NCBI GenBank assembly: GCA_965218995.1
Contig: CBDCML010000003.1
Coordinates: 1,050,523 to 1,114,522 of the forward strand
From: Opitutales bacterium
GTDB taxonomy: Bacteria; Verrucomicrobiota; Verrucomicrobiia; Opitutales; UBA2995
DNA length: 64,000 nt
Direction: 5' to 3'
The notes under the pieces were generated by a model, which was given only the letters and a program-made list of their open reading frames with translations, made no database searches and had not been told where the DNA came from. The position numbers and the translations under genes are program-made. This document shows positions 10,426 to 20,135 of the stretch, piece after piece (the first letter of the stretch is position 1; every line of letters begins with the position of its first letter).

Positions 10426-10655
10426 ACAGAGGCGCTGTTGGCGCCAATTAGGAATTAAGAATTAGGAATGAAGAATGGTGGTTGATAATACGATAAAGGC
10501 CAAATCTTACGCGGATGGTTTGGGGCAATTTTTGATACCGCAGATTCGAATAAAGGAGGGGGGACATTCCTGTCCCCCAACTATTACGGTAAACGGATGA
10601 AAAGACACGAAGGCGCTGTTGGCGCCAATTAGGAATTAGGAATCTTGGCAGCGAA
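10426..10655. repeat. family C/D repeats (ggcgctgttggcgccaattaggaatt...; ~120-bp unit D copy 1 at 10461-10580)
   Basis: 10461-10580 aligns with 21846-21967 (attaggaatgaagaatggtggttgataat...cagattcgaa...ttcctgtccccca). The GGCGCC/AGGAAT unit is duplicated at 10607-10650. Confidence 0.8.
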
Positions 10656-10701
10656 GCCGGACGCGTCCTGCCGTAGCCACTGGCGAAGGTGATTGAGAGA
10701 A

Positions 10702-10774
10702 CTGTAGGAGGGGGTTTATCCCCCGATTGCGGTGAGGCCATTTGGAAGATCGGGGGATAAACCCCCTCCTACAG
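10702..10774. terminator. perfect 26-bp inverted repeat with 21-nt loop between convergent genes (candidate bidirectional terminator or MITE core)
   Basis: ctgtaggagggggtttatcccccgat (10702-10727) is the exact reverse complement of atcgggggataaaccccctcctacag (10749-10774). Confidence 0.55.
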
Positions 10775-10922
10775 TTTCGTAACGTAATATGTTATCAATA
10801 AAACATCCATGCGGACGATTGTTTAATAATGTCCTTGCTGCGCGTTTGGTAACTCCATTATCCAGAGGATCCTCCACTCTAGCTGGATACCCGAGTAGTT
10901 ACATAAAATAAACCTTTCAGCC

Positions 10923-11717
10923 CTATTGGGGAGGCTGAAACCTGACAATCCGCTGCAGGCGGGACCAACAGGGATTGCCCTCGGAATCCCTGGCTGGATG
11001 GTATTTGAGCGAGGCCAGGAACTGGGCGGCTTCCAAATAAAGACCGGTATTATTGGGTTCGACCAGGGTTGGATTGTGCATGCTGCCTTGGGGGGACACC
11101 AGAAAGCGCATTTTCACTTCCAGGCTCAGGCCGGTCCCTTCGAGTAATTGCGGGTAAGGTGGACGCTTCCAGTCGGCCGGTCTGGCTTTTTGGGTGAGTT
11201 GGTTGCCCGGGACAGGTTTCCCCGGGTTTTCCATCCAGACTTCGTATCCGACAAGTGGGTTGATATTGGCTTGAAAAATCCTGTAACGGGTGGGTGGGGT
11301 AAACTGAAAGGGAATGCGGGTCTTTATGCGAACGGGTTCTCCATTTTTGTAGGCGGGATCAAATTTCCATTGGTAGGCGGCGGCTATGGAGTTTTGTTCG
11401 AAGGCTTCATGGGTTGCGCTTTCGACATCGACGAAGCCGACCGATCCCTCCTCATCGATAACGACCAGGAGAATGACCTCGCCGCCGACGGGATCGTACA
11501 TGAGTTGGTTGGGGTAGCGGGGCATTACCGGTTGAACCGCCGCGGGCGGCTGAAATGGGGCCAATCCCATTAGCGGAGTCCAAATCACAAAGAGCAGGAT
11601 GAGATATCGACACATTTCAGGTGTAGGCCAGGAATGGAAAAGGAAAATAGGTTTGTGGCAGCCATTCTTTCCCAACAGAGAGAATCCGATAGGGGGGTTC
11701 TGCCGAATTGAGGACAA
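10923..11717 (-). CDS. TonB C-terminal domain-containing protein
   Basis: N-terminal TM segment LILLFVIWTPLMGL, then a TonB_C-like segment PRYPNQL...GEVILLVVIDEEGSVGFVDVESATHEAFEQNSIAAAYQWKFDPAYKNGEPV. A second similar C-terminal domain follows. The start codon is uncertain. Confidence 0.7.
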   Translation of the reverse strand: MSSIRQNPPIGFSLLGKNGCHKPIFLFHSWPTPEMCRYLILLFVIWTPLMGLAPFQPPAAVQPVMPRYPNQLMYDPVGGEVILLVVIDEEGSVGFVDVESATHEAFEQNSIAAAYQWKFDPAYKNGEPVRIKTRIPFQFTPPTRYRIFQANINPLVGYEVWMENPGKPVPGNQLTQKARPADWKRPPYPQLLEGTGLSLEVKMRFLVSPQGSMHNPTLVEPNNTGLYLEAAQFLASLKYHPARDSEGNPCWSRLQRIVRFQPPQ

Positions 11718-11819
11718 AAAATTTTGGCAGTCTATGCGAGAAAAAAGTAGAAATGCCTCCGGGGAGCCTACACGATTGAGCGAAATTACCCCAGTGGGGT
11801 TTACCCGGAAGGACAGGAT

Positions 11820-12602
11820 ATGTCAGATTTGTTAAAAAATATTTTTGGTCTCGGCGGAAAAGTTGCCGTGGTTTTTGGAGGTACGGGAGAGCTTTGCGGC
11901 GCCATGGCGGAGGGAATGGCCCGAGCGGGCGCTGAGGTGGTACTGGTCGGCCGCAGCCGGGAGAAGGCAGACGCCAGACTCCAGCGCATCGAGGATGCCG
12001 GTGGGCAGGGCTATTTTATTAAGGTTGATTTATCCTGCAAAGCGGGAATTGAGGCCGTGCTCGATGAGGTGCTTGAGCGGTCCGGGAAAGTGGACATCCT
12101 GATCAACGGCGCCGGGGCCAATTCCCCGACTCCTTTTCTCGAAATAGAAGAGGAGGAATATGACCGAATATTTGCCGTCAACATGAAGGCGGTTTTTCTG
12201 GCCTGTCAGGTATTTGGCCAATACCTGGTCAACCGCGGCCGGGGAGGCAGCATCATCAACGTGGGTTCAATGTCGGGCATGATCCCGCTTTCCAGGGTGT
12301 TCACCTATTCTGCGACCAAGGCGTCCCTCCACAATTTGTCCAAAAACCTGGCCCGCGAATGGGCCCCGAGCAAGGTGCGGGTCAATACGGTGGTGCCCGG
12401 GTTTTTCCCGGCGGAACAAAACCGCAAGGTGCTAACGGAGGATCGGGTGAACGCGATTCTCAACCATACCCCCATGAGGCGGTTCGGGGAGGCAGGAGAA
12501 CTCATTGGGGCAACACTTTTGCTGGCCTCCGATAATGCTGGTTCATTCATCACGGGATCTGAAATTGTGGTGGACGGCGGTTTTTCAGCCATGACCATCT
12601 AA
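11820..12602 (+). CDS. SDR family oxidoreductase (hexuronate-pathway context)
   Basis: [14 protein letters not shown] and YSATK motifs. Lies directly upstream of uxaC. Confidence 0.85.
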   Translation: MSDLLKNIFGLGGKVAVVFGGTGELCGAMAEGMARAGAEVVLVGRSREKADARLQRIEDAGGQGYFIKVDLSCKAGIEAVLDEVLERSGKVDILINGAGANSPTPFLEIEEEEYDRIFAVNMKAVFLACQVFGQYLVNRGRGGSIINVGSMSGMIPLSRVFTYSATKASLHNLSKNLAREWAPSKVRVNTVVPGFFPAEQNRKVLTEDRVNAILNHTPMRRFGEAGELIGATLLLASDNAGSFITGSEIVVDGGFSAMTI

Positions 12603-12614
12603 TCCCCCTAAAAT

Positions 12615-14027
12615 ATGGCCTTTATAAACGAGGACTTTTTGTTGCAGAGCGCTTCCGCCCGCGAGCTTTTCCATCGCTACGCCAAGGACGAGCCCATTTG
12701 CGACTATCATTGCCACCTTCCCCCGCAGGATGTGGCATCGAACCGACAGTTTGAAAACCTGTCCGAAATCTGGCTGGAAGGGGATCACTACAAGTGGCGG
12801 GCCATGCGCAGCAATGGGATTGGGGAGGCCTATTGTACCGGGGAAGCGGACCCCTACGAAAAACACCTGGCCTGGTGCCGCACCGTTCCCAATACCTTGC
12901 GCAACCCGCTCTATCACTGGAGCCACCTCGAACTGCAACGGTATTTCGGGATAGATCTCCTTATCAATGAGGACACTGCCCCTGAAATCTGGCAGGAGGC
13001 CAACGCCAAGCTGAAATCGGAGGGCTTGAGGGCTCATGGCATTTTACGCCATTTCAAAGTAATGGTGGTCGGCACCACGGACGATCCGACCGACTCCCTC
13101 GAATATCACCGGACCATTGCGGAAAGCGGGCTGGAAACGCGGGTGGTTCCGACCTTTCGCCCCGATCTGGGCCTCCAGGTAGATCATCCGGAGGGCTTTA
13201 ACTTATGGGTAGACGCCTTGGGGGATGTTGCGGGGACCCACATCGATAACCTGGATGATTTTCTCAGCGCCTTGAAATCGCGCCACGACTTTTTCCATCA
13301 AATGGGCGGACGTCTATCCGACCATGGTCTGGAGAGGTGCTATTATGCCGAAACAACCCGGGAGACGGTTTCAGCAATATTTCGTCGGGCCCGCAATGGC
13401 CAGGCCGCCTCGGCGGAGGAAAAGGAACCATATGCCTTTTATCTCATGCGGGAAGTGGGTCGCTGGAATGCGGAGAAGGATTGGGCCATGCAGTTTCACA
13501 TCGGCGCTATGCGCAACAACAATACCCGTAAGTTCAAAGAAGTTGGTCCGGACACCGGATTTGATTCCATGGGTGACTATCCGCAGAACTACGCCATGAG
13601 TCGCTTTTTCGACAGCCTGGATCAGACGGGTCAAATGCCCAAGGCTGTGATCTACAATAACAACAATACCGATTACTATTCCATGGCCTCCATGCTGGGA
13701 AATTTCATGGATGGTTCGGTGGCTGGCAAAATTCAACTGGGCTCAGGCTGGTGGCACCTCGATCAAAAGGAAGGCATGATCGACCAGATGAACGCCCTGT
13801 CCAATATGGGTCTGATCGCCCACTTCGTGGGCATGTTGACCGACTCCCGTTCTTTTCTGTCCTATCCTCGGCACGAATACTTTCGCAGGATACTTTGCAA
13901 TCTATTTGGGAACGACATGGAAAAGGGGGAAATTCCCGACGATTTCTCCCTGGTTGGACCCATGGTGCGCAATATCTGCTATAGCAACGCGGTTCGTTTT
14001 TTTGGATTTGCTCCAATTGTCGATTAA
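12615..14027 (+). CDS. uxaC: glucuronate isomerase
   Basis: 470 aa. The N-terminus FINEDFLL...ARELFH...PICDYHCHLPP and the segment EGDHYKWRAMR are characteristic of UxaC. Confidence 0.93.
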   Translation: MAFINEDFLLQSASARELFHRYAKDEPICDYHCHLPPQDVASNRQFENLSEIWLEGDHYKWRAMRSNGIGEAYCTGEADPYEKHLAWCRTVPNTLRNPLYHWSHLELQRYFGIDLLINEDTAPEIWQEANAKLKSEGLRAHGILRHFKVMVVGTTDDPTDSLEYHRTIAESGLETRVVPTFRPDLGLQVDHPEGFNLWVDALGDVAGTHIDNLDDFLSALKSRHDFFHQMGGRLSDHGLERCYYAETTRETVSAIFRRARNGQAASAEEKEPYAFYLMREVGRWNAEKDWAMQFHIGAMRNNNTRKFKEVGPDTGFDSMGDYPQNYAMSRFFDSLDQTGQMPKAVIYNNNNTDYYSMASMLGNFMDGSVAGKIQLGSGWWHLDQKEGMIDQMNALSNMGLIAHFVGMLTDSRSFLSYPRHEYFRRILCNLFGNDMEKGEIPDDFSLVGPMVRNICYSNAVRFFGFAPIVD

Positions 14028-14127
14028 CCGGTCGACCCTGAAAGAGTCATTATGTGTGAACAATTCAATGGAACATGACTTTAGAGTTTGAATACCCTCA
14101 GGTGTATTACCTCCTGAAACGCTCTTC

Positions 14128-15879
14128 ATGAAAAAAACCCTGTTCCTTGTTGGTTCATTTTTTTGTTGGTTGATCGGCAGCCAAGCTCGCCAACCCAATG
14201 TGGTGGTTTTTTTGACTGATGATCAGGGCTGGGGAGATTTGAGCATTTCCGGCAATAAAAATCTCAATACGCCCAATATCGACTCATTGGCCCGGGAAGG
14301 GACGACTCTTCAGAATTTCTATGTGTGCCAGGTTTGCGCCCCGACCCGTGCCGAGTTTCTAACCGGTCGTTACTACCCCCGGACCGGGGTGAGCGGCGTT
14401 AGTCGAGGCGAGGAAAGATTGAACCTGGATGAAACCACCATTGCAGATGTGTTCAAGGCGAATGGCTATGCCACCGGGGCCTTTGGCAAGTGGCACAACG
14501 GCACACAGCCACCTTACCATCCGAATTACCGCGGCTTTGATGAATTTTATGGATTCACCTCCGGTCATTGGGGCCACTATTTTAGTCCGCCCCTGGATCA
14601 CAACGGAAAGAAAGTGCGAGGCAATGGTTACGTAGTGGATGATTTTACGGATCGTGCCATCGCATTTATCGAGTCAAACAAGGAGAAACCGTTTTTTTGT
14701 TACCTCCCCTACAATACACCTCATTCGCCGATGATGATTTCGGATGAATACTACGGGAAGTTTGAAGGAAAAGATCCCGGGATGCGTTACCGGGATCCGA
14801 AACAGGAAGACGTGATGATGACCCGCGCCGCGTTGGCCATGTGTGAGAACATCGATTGGAATGTTGGACGTGTTTTAAAAATCTTGGATAAACTCGGTCT
14901 CAGGGAGCACACCATAATGGTTTACTTTTCGGATAACGGTCCTAATTCCTATCGCTGGAACGGTGGCATGAAGGGTCGAAAGGGGGCCATTGATGAAGGG
15001 GGATTGCGCTCTCCATTTTTTGTTCGCTGGCCCGACCGTATCCCGGCTGGAAGAGTCGCCATGGAAGTGACTGGAGCAATTGATCTTCTACCGACGCTTG
15101 CAGGCTTGGCAGGCATACCATTTCAACCTGCGAAGCAACTGGATGGCCGGAACATACGTGCCCTCCTGGAAGATGAAGATGTGGATTGGAAACCGCGCAG
15201 CTTGTTTTCGGTCAGAAGAAATCAGGTCAGTGTTCGGACTCAGCGGTTTCGCTTGGACGCAACTGGAAAGTTATTCGATATGGAAGCGGACCGAGGGCAG
15301 CGTAAGGATGTGGCAAAGGAGCATCCGAAACTCGTGGCTGAGTTGCGTCGGCAGGGGGAAGAACACAATGAAGCCATGCAAAGGGAGTTTCAGCGCTATC
15401 AAGACAGGCCGTTCTCAGTCGGCTATGGGCCTTCCACCACCTTGCCCGCCCGTGATGGGATTGGACATGGCTCCATTCAACGAAGCTCAAAAGCTCCCAA
15501 CAACTCCTTTTTCACGAACTGGAAACAGTTGAATGATTCCGTTACCTGGGACATTGATGTCGGCACGGCTGGTGATTACGAAGCGACCCTCTATCATACC
15601 TGTGCTGAAGGAAATCAAGGAGCCAGCATCGAGCTGTCTACGGATAACGGAGATCGAACGGAGGCCAAGGTACCCGAAGTGTTTGATCCGCCTCTCTATG
15701 ACAAATCTTTGGAGCGGATGGCTCAATCCCACTATTTTGTGAAAGATTTCAAGCCGCTTTCCCTCGGAACGCTGGCTCTTCCCAAAGGAAGAACCAGCCT
15801 GCGGCTCGCTGCTACCGAGATACCGGGAAAAGGGGTGATTGACCTGCATTCACTCGAGCTTTTCCGAGCCATGGACTGA
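14128..15879 (+). CDS. sulfatase (formylglycine-dependent), secreted
   Basis: Signal peptide, then NVVVFLTDDQGWGDLS and the sulfatase signature C-A-P-T-R (CQVCAPTRAEFLTGR). Confidence 0.9.
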   Translation: MKKTLFLVGSFFCWLIGSQARQPNVVVFLTDDQGWGDLSISGNKNLNTPNIDSLAREGTTLQNFYVCQVCAPTRAEFLTGRYYPRTGVSGVSRGEERLNLDETTIADVFKANGYATGAFGKWHNGTQPPYHPNYRGFDEFYGFTSGHWGHYFSPPLDHNGKKVRGNGYVVDDFTDRAIAFIESNKEKPFFCYLPYNTPHSPMMISDEYYGKFEGKDPGMRYRDPKQEDVMMTRAALAMCENIDWNVGRVLKILDKLGLREHTIMVYFSDNGPNSYRWNGGMKGRKGAIDEGGLRSPFFVRWPDRIPAGRVAMEVTGAIDLLPTLAGLAGIPFQPAKQLDGRNIRALLEDEDVDWKPRSLFSVRRNQVSVRTQRFRLDATGKLFDMEADRGQRKDVAKEHPKLVAELRRQGEEHNEAMQREFQRYQDRPFSVGYGPSTTLPARDGIGHGSIQRSSKAPNNSFFTNWKQLNDSVTWDIDVGTAGDYEATLYHTCAEGNQGASIELSTDNGDRTEAKVPEVFDPPLYDKSLERMAQSHYFVKDFKPLSLGTLALPKGRTSLRLAATEIPGKGVIDLHSLELFRAMD

Positions 15880-15945
15880 CTGAATAGCTGCAGTGACGCT
15901 TCGAGAACAGTTCAGTAATCTAAGAGTCCTAGAGAGGATATAATT

Positions 15946-16768
15946 ATGCAAATCAGTTGGGAAACCCTCGTTCTTGCCGTTTTTCTGGCGGTCTTAACCC
16001 TTCAGCTATTCGCCGAGGAAATCCGTTATGCCACAAAGGAGGACGTTCCGTATCGTCCCAGTCTAAATGATGAGTATGCTAAGGAGCGCTGCGTGCTCGA
16101 TATTTATTACCCCGAGAATGTTAAAGGTTATGCGACCATCCTCTTGTTTCATGGTGGAGGATTGAGGGGGGGGTAATAAGAAAATACCCGAAGAACTGAA
16201 AGGGAAGGGCCACGGTATTGTGGCTCCCAACTACCGCATGCATCCCAAGGTGCAGGCTCCGGTTTACATCGAGGATGCTGCCGCCGCTGTGGCCTGGGTA
16301 TTTAAAAACATCGAAAGCTTCGGTGGCGATGCATCCAAGATCTTCGTTTCCGGTACCTCCGCCGGTGGGTACCTCACCAGCATGGTGGGGTTGGACAAAA
16401 GCTTGTTGGCAGTCCATGGCATCGATGCTAATGACATCGCCGGTCTCATTCCTTTAACTGGTCATACCATTACGCATTTTACGGTGAGAGACGAACGGGG
16501 TATACCGAGAACGCAACCGATTATCGACGAACTCGCGCCGCTGTACCACGTGAGAGCCGATGCGCCTCCCTTGTTGCTCATCACCGGAGATCGTGACCTA
16601 GAATTGCTCGGACGCTATGAGGAGAATGCCTACTTAATGCGCATGATGAGAGTGGCCGGCCACAAGGATACCCGCATCCTCGAAATCGGCGGTTACGGTC
16701 ATGGCATCAGCAAGGCAGCCTTTCCGTTACTTTTAAAAGAAGTCGCGAGGATTCTCGAGTTAAGATAA
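15946..16768 (+). pseudogene. alpha/beta-hydrolase (esterase/lipase, HGGG type) interrupted by a frameshift in a G8 run
   Basis: ORF 15946-16176 ends ...LLFHGGGLRGG*. ORF 16220-16768 carries GTSAGGY (GxSxG) in the +1 frame. Removing one G from 16166-16173 gives the continuous reading ...HGGGLRGGNKKIPEELKGKGHGIVAPNYRMHP... Confidence 0.8.
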
Positions 16769-16805
16769 ACAGAGCGTTTCACTTAACAAAGGGGGATAAT
16801 TTACG

Positions 16806-17186
16806 ATGGTATTTTATGGAACTGCTATACTCTCAGCCTGCCTCGTAACAGGTCTGCTACTGGGAAAGTTGCTTGGTCTCGTTGTTGGAGTGGATGCCAA
16901 TGTGGGTGGTGTAGGCATCGCGATGCTGCTGCTGATTGTGGCCTGTGACTGGCTGCATGCTACTGGGAAAATCAAGCCGTTGACTGAGCGGGGAATTGCC
17001 TTCTGGGGCGCGATCTATATCCCCGTAGTTGTGGCGATGGCCGCCAGCCAGAATGTGATTGGAGCGCTCAAAGGAGGACCCGTGGCCATAGTCGCCGGTG
17101 TGCTTGCAGTGGTTGCCTGTTATGCCCTTGTGCCAGCGCTCAGTAAAATGGGTGGAGAGTTGGAAACCAACGAACCAAAATTGTAA
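16806..17186 (+). CDS. madL: malonate transporter subunit MadL
   Basis: 126-aa membrane protein with VGVDANVGGVGIAMLLLI, paired with a 256-aa MadM-like protein (the stop TAA and the next ATG overlap in TAATG). Confidence 0.7.
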   Translation: MVFYGTAILSACLVTGLLLGKLLGLVVGVDANVGGVGIAMLLLIVACDWLHATGKIKPLTERGIAFWGAIYIPVVVAMAASQNVIGALKGGPVAIVAGVLAVVACYALVPALSKMGGELETNEPKL

Positions 17187-17956
17187 TGGGAGTCCTTGAA
17201 GCGCTTTCAGGTCTTCTGGCCAAGTATTCCTTGGTAACAGCTTTTGCTTTCATCGGAATCCTCGTTTGGTTTTCATATTGGGTGTCTGGTCGCTTCACCC
17301 GAGGAAGGTTACATGGTTCAGCCATCGCCATTTTTTTAGCGCTGCTGCTTGCGGGCATGAGCGGATGGTTGACCGGCGGCAAAAAGGGTCTTGCTGATAT
17401 TGCCGTATTGTCCGGTGTCGGGCTGATGGGCGGGGCGATGTTGAGGGATTTTACCATCGTCGCTACAGCCTTTGGCGTCCGTCTGGAGGAATTTCGAAAA
17501 ACCGGGATCTACGGCATAGTCTCCCTTTTAGCTGGAGTGGGTATTTCATTTTTTATCGGTGCTGTGGTGGCTTATGTGTTCGGTTATCGCGATGCGGTTA
17601 GTATGACTACCATTGGTGCCGGTGCGGCAACCTATATTGTTGGTCCGGTTACCGGAGGTGCAATCGGCGCCAGTTCTGAAGTGATGGCGCTCAGCGTTGC
17701 CGCCGGGCTGGTCAAATCCATTTTGGTGATGATCGTCACTCCTGTTGTGGCCCCTCTTATTGGCTTGGACAACCCGCGTTCAGCCCTGATTTTCGGAGGT
17801 TTGATGGGGACCACCAGCGGCGTGGCCGCAGGGTTGGCGGCAACTGACCCGAAGCTGGTCCCCTACGGTGCGATGACAGCCACCTTTTATACCGGAGTTG
17901 GCTGCTTGTTGGGACCCTCCGTCATTTTCATCATTATCCGAGCCCTTGTGTCCTAA
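17186..17956 (+). CDS. madM: malonate transporter subunit MadM
   Basis: 256-aa polytopic membrane protein, translationally coupled to madL. Size and arrangement match MadLM. Confidence 0.7.
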   Translation: MGVLEALSGLLAKYSLVTAFAFIGILVWFSYWVSGRFTRGRLHGSAIAIFLALLLAGMSGWLTGGKKGLADIAVLSGVGLMGGAMLRDFTIVATAFGVRLEEFRKTGIYGIVSLLAGVGISFFIGAVVAYVFGYRDAVSMTTIGAGAATYIVGPVTGGAIGASSEVMALSVAAGLVKSILVMIVTPVVAPLIGLDNPRSALIFGGLMGTTSGVAAGLAATDPKLVPYGAMTATFYTGVGCLLGPSVIFIIIRALVS

Positions 17957-17963
17957 GAAATCC

Positions 17964-18625
17964 ATGAAAGAATTACCGATTATCCAAAAGGCCCGTTCCT
18001 ACGGTGCAAGGGTTGCTCTTCGAAGCGGCGACTACGAAACACGTTATGAAGATTTGTTGACCAGGTCCGCTAAGGTCGCCTCAACCCTTCTTGGTGGTGC
18101 GTCCGATTTGAATGAGATGCGTGTGGCTTTTTTAGCGCCGGCGGGAGAAGCTTATGTATCCGTGCAGTGGGGAATTTGGCGTGCGGGTGGAGTAGTGGTG
18201 CCGCTTTGTCTTTCCGCAACCCTACCGGAGCTGGAATACACGCTTAAAGACAGTCAGGCCGACGTAGTTTTTGCCACTACGACCTATGCAGATAAAGTAA
18301 AAGCACCAGCCGATAAACTTGGGCGTCGCCTGGTAATACTCGAGGCCATTGATCAGGTGGAGCCTGTGCCATTGCCTGAAGTGCAAACGTCACGTCGTGG
18401 CATGATTCTCTACACGAGTGGCACCACTAGCAGCCCGAAAGGAGTCGTGACTACTCATGACAACATTAGCGCGCAAATCTTAATGCTTGTGGAAGCGTGG
18501 AAATGGCGTGCCGATGATTGTATCCCGCTGTTTCTGCCACTACATCATATTCATGGAATAATCAACGTGATGTCTTGCGCCCTCTGGAGTGGCGCGCTGA
18601 TTGAGCCATTTGCTCGTTTTGAACC
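17964..18625 (+). pseudogene. AMP-dependent acyl-CoA synthetase (malonyl-CoA-synthetase-like), 3' half missing
   Basis: Likely start is MKELPII at 17964. The AMP-binding motif is ILYTSGTTSSPKGVVTTH. The reading frame runs into the IS3 inverted repeat at about 18626, and no C-terminal half occurs anywhere in the window. Confidence 0.8.
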
Positions 18626-18676
18626 TCCCCCGATTTTGTGGACACGAACAGCGCAGTCTGAGAGAGATCATTAGAC

Positions 18677-18994
18677 ATGCCAAGAACCCACAGAACCTAT
18701 GATGAGGAGTTCAAACGTCGAGCCGTTGAACTCTATTTGCACAGTAACAACAGCCTCAAGCAGGTGGCCCGTGAACTGGGGATTTCCGATGGGAGCCTCA
18801 GGAAGTGGCGCAAGGATCTCTTCGGGGACCCCTCCGACCAGCAGGGACTTTCCCGCCCCTTGAACGATCCCGAAGAGATGGCCCGCGAGATCCGTCGGCT
18901 AAACCGGGAAAACGCTTACCTGCGTCGCCAGCGAGAGATCTTAAAAAAAGCCGCGAGCATACTGGCCGAGGACCCGCAGCTGGGTATGCGCTGA
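18677..18994 (+). CDS. IS3 transposase OrfA (HTH)
   Basis: 105 aa, MPRTHRTYDEEFKRRAVELY...LKQVARELGIS..., a typical IS3 OrfA. Confidence 0.9.
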   Translation: MPRTHRTYDEEFKRRAVELYLHSNNSLKQVARELGISDGSLRKWRKDLFGDPSDQQGLSRPLNDPEEMAREIRRLNRENAYLRRQREILKKAASILAEDPQLGMR

Positions 18995-19869
18995 TCGATC
19001 AAATGCGGGCAATCTATAGAGTGGTTGAACTTTGTCAGGCGCTGGCTGTGAGCAGGAGTGGTTATTACCGATGGCGCAGGGGTAAGGCGGGAGCGCGCCG
19101 CCGCCAAAATCGGCTCCTCCTGAGCGAAATCAAACGGATCCATGCCGACCGGCACACCCGCTGTTACGGTAGTCCTCGCATGAGCGTGGAGCTCAACCAG
19201 CGGGGTTTTCGCTGCTCGGTTAACCGGGTGGCCCGGCTGATGAAGCAAAATGCTCTAAAAGCCTGTAGGGGTAGCCCCTTCCGGCCCAAGACGACCCGGC
19301 AGGATCCCCGCAGCCTCCCAGCGCCCAACCGTCTGGCCGAGGCTCCGGACCCGACCGGGCCCGGCCAAATCATGGTCAGCGACATCACCTACATCCCCAC
19401 TCGGCAAGGCTGGTTGTATCTAGCGGTCGTGATGGACCTCTTCGGCCGCGTAATTCAGGGCTACAAGGTGGCCGAGAGCCTGGCCTCCGGTCTGGTCGTT
19501 TCAGCCCTTCACCAGACCAGGAATCGAGTGGGAGGTTTTCACAAAGCCCTCTTTCATTCAGATCGTGGCTGCCAGTATACCAGTCACCAAGTGCGGCAGC
19601 AATTGAACGACTTTGGTTGGATTCAGAGCATGAGCGCGCTAGGATACTGTTACGACAACGCCGCTTGCGAGAGCTTCTTTGCCTCCCTCAAAAGCGAATG
19701 CTTTCCCCAAAACGGCGTGTTCGAATCCAAGCAGCAGGCCCGCCTGGCCATCTTCGATTACCTCGAGACTTTTTATAACAAACGTCGAAGGCACAGCACC
19801 CTGGGATACCTTTCACCAGAAGCATTTCTTCAAAAACACTTCCAAAATCAAAACCATAACCTAACATGA
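18805..19869 (+). CDS. IS3 transposase OrfB (DDE integrase-like core), expressed as OrfAB by -1 frameshift
   Basis: Contains LCQALAVSRSGYYRWRR, SDITYIPT (D), HSDRGCQYTS (D) and YDNAACESFF (E). It lies in the -1 frame relative to orfA. The part upstream of about 18949 is probably not translated in this frame. Confidence 0.88.
   Translation: MAQGSLRGPLRPAGTFPPLERSRRDGPRDPSAKPGKRLPASPARDLKKSREHTGRGPAAGYALIDQMRAIYRVVELCQALAVSRSGYYRWRRGKAGARRRQNRLLLSEIKRIHADRHTRCYGSPRMSVELNQRGFRCSVNRVARLMKQNALKACRGSPFRPKTTRQDPRSLPAPNRLAEAPDPTGPGQIMVSDITYIPTRQGWLYLAVVMDLFGRVIQGYKVAESLASGLVVSALHQTRNRVGGFHKALFHSDRGCQYTSHQVRQQLNDFGWIQSMSALGYCYDNAACESFFASLKSECFPQNGVFESKQQARLAIFDYLETFYNKRRRHSTLGYLSPEAFLQKHFQNQNHNLT
18943..18950 (+). 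promoter_or_regulatory. programmed -1 ribosomal frameshift site (A AAA AAA G)
   Basis: A7G run inside the orfA/orfB overlap. The zero-frame codons are tta aaa aaa gcc. Confidence 0.75.
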
Positions 19870-19907
19870 ACATACGCTACGCTGTTCGTGTCCACAAAAT
19901 CGGGGGA

Positions 19908-20112
19908 AGACCACAACGAACAGGACCTGATCTTCGTTGTGATGAATAATATCGCTCAGTTCAGAGCGAAGACGGACGAAATCGACCTTCCTTAGCTGAC
20001 ACTCGAATACGGAAAGTTGCAAGTGGTCTCCCCATGCTTTCATGGTCTTGAAGACCTTCCGCAAGCGCTTCGGGTCGGAAATGTCGTAAGAAACTATGTA
20101 GGTGTTGCGCAT
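19908..20112 (-). pseudogene. cas2: cas2, C-terminally truncated by IS3 (remnant #1)
   Basis: MRNTYIVSYDISDPKRLRKVFKTMKAWGDHLQLSVFECQLRKVDFVRLRSELSDIIHHNEDQVLFVVV, then the IS3 inverted repeat. Confidence 0.85.
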
Positions 20113-20135
20113 TGGAATTCAGTAGTTTATTGTTC

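Larger units (their letters stand above)
18626..19907 (+). mobile_element. IS3-family insertion sequence (~1.28 kb)
   Basis: 28-bp terminal inverted repeats: tcccccgattttgtggacacgaacagcg at 18626-18653 and its complement at 19880-19907. Has orfA/orfB with an A7G slippery site. No direct target duplication; the flanks are unrelated genes. Confidence 0.9.
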
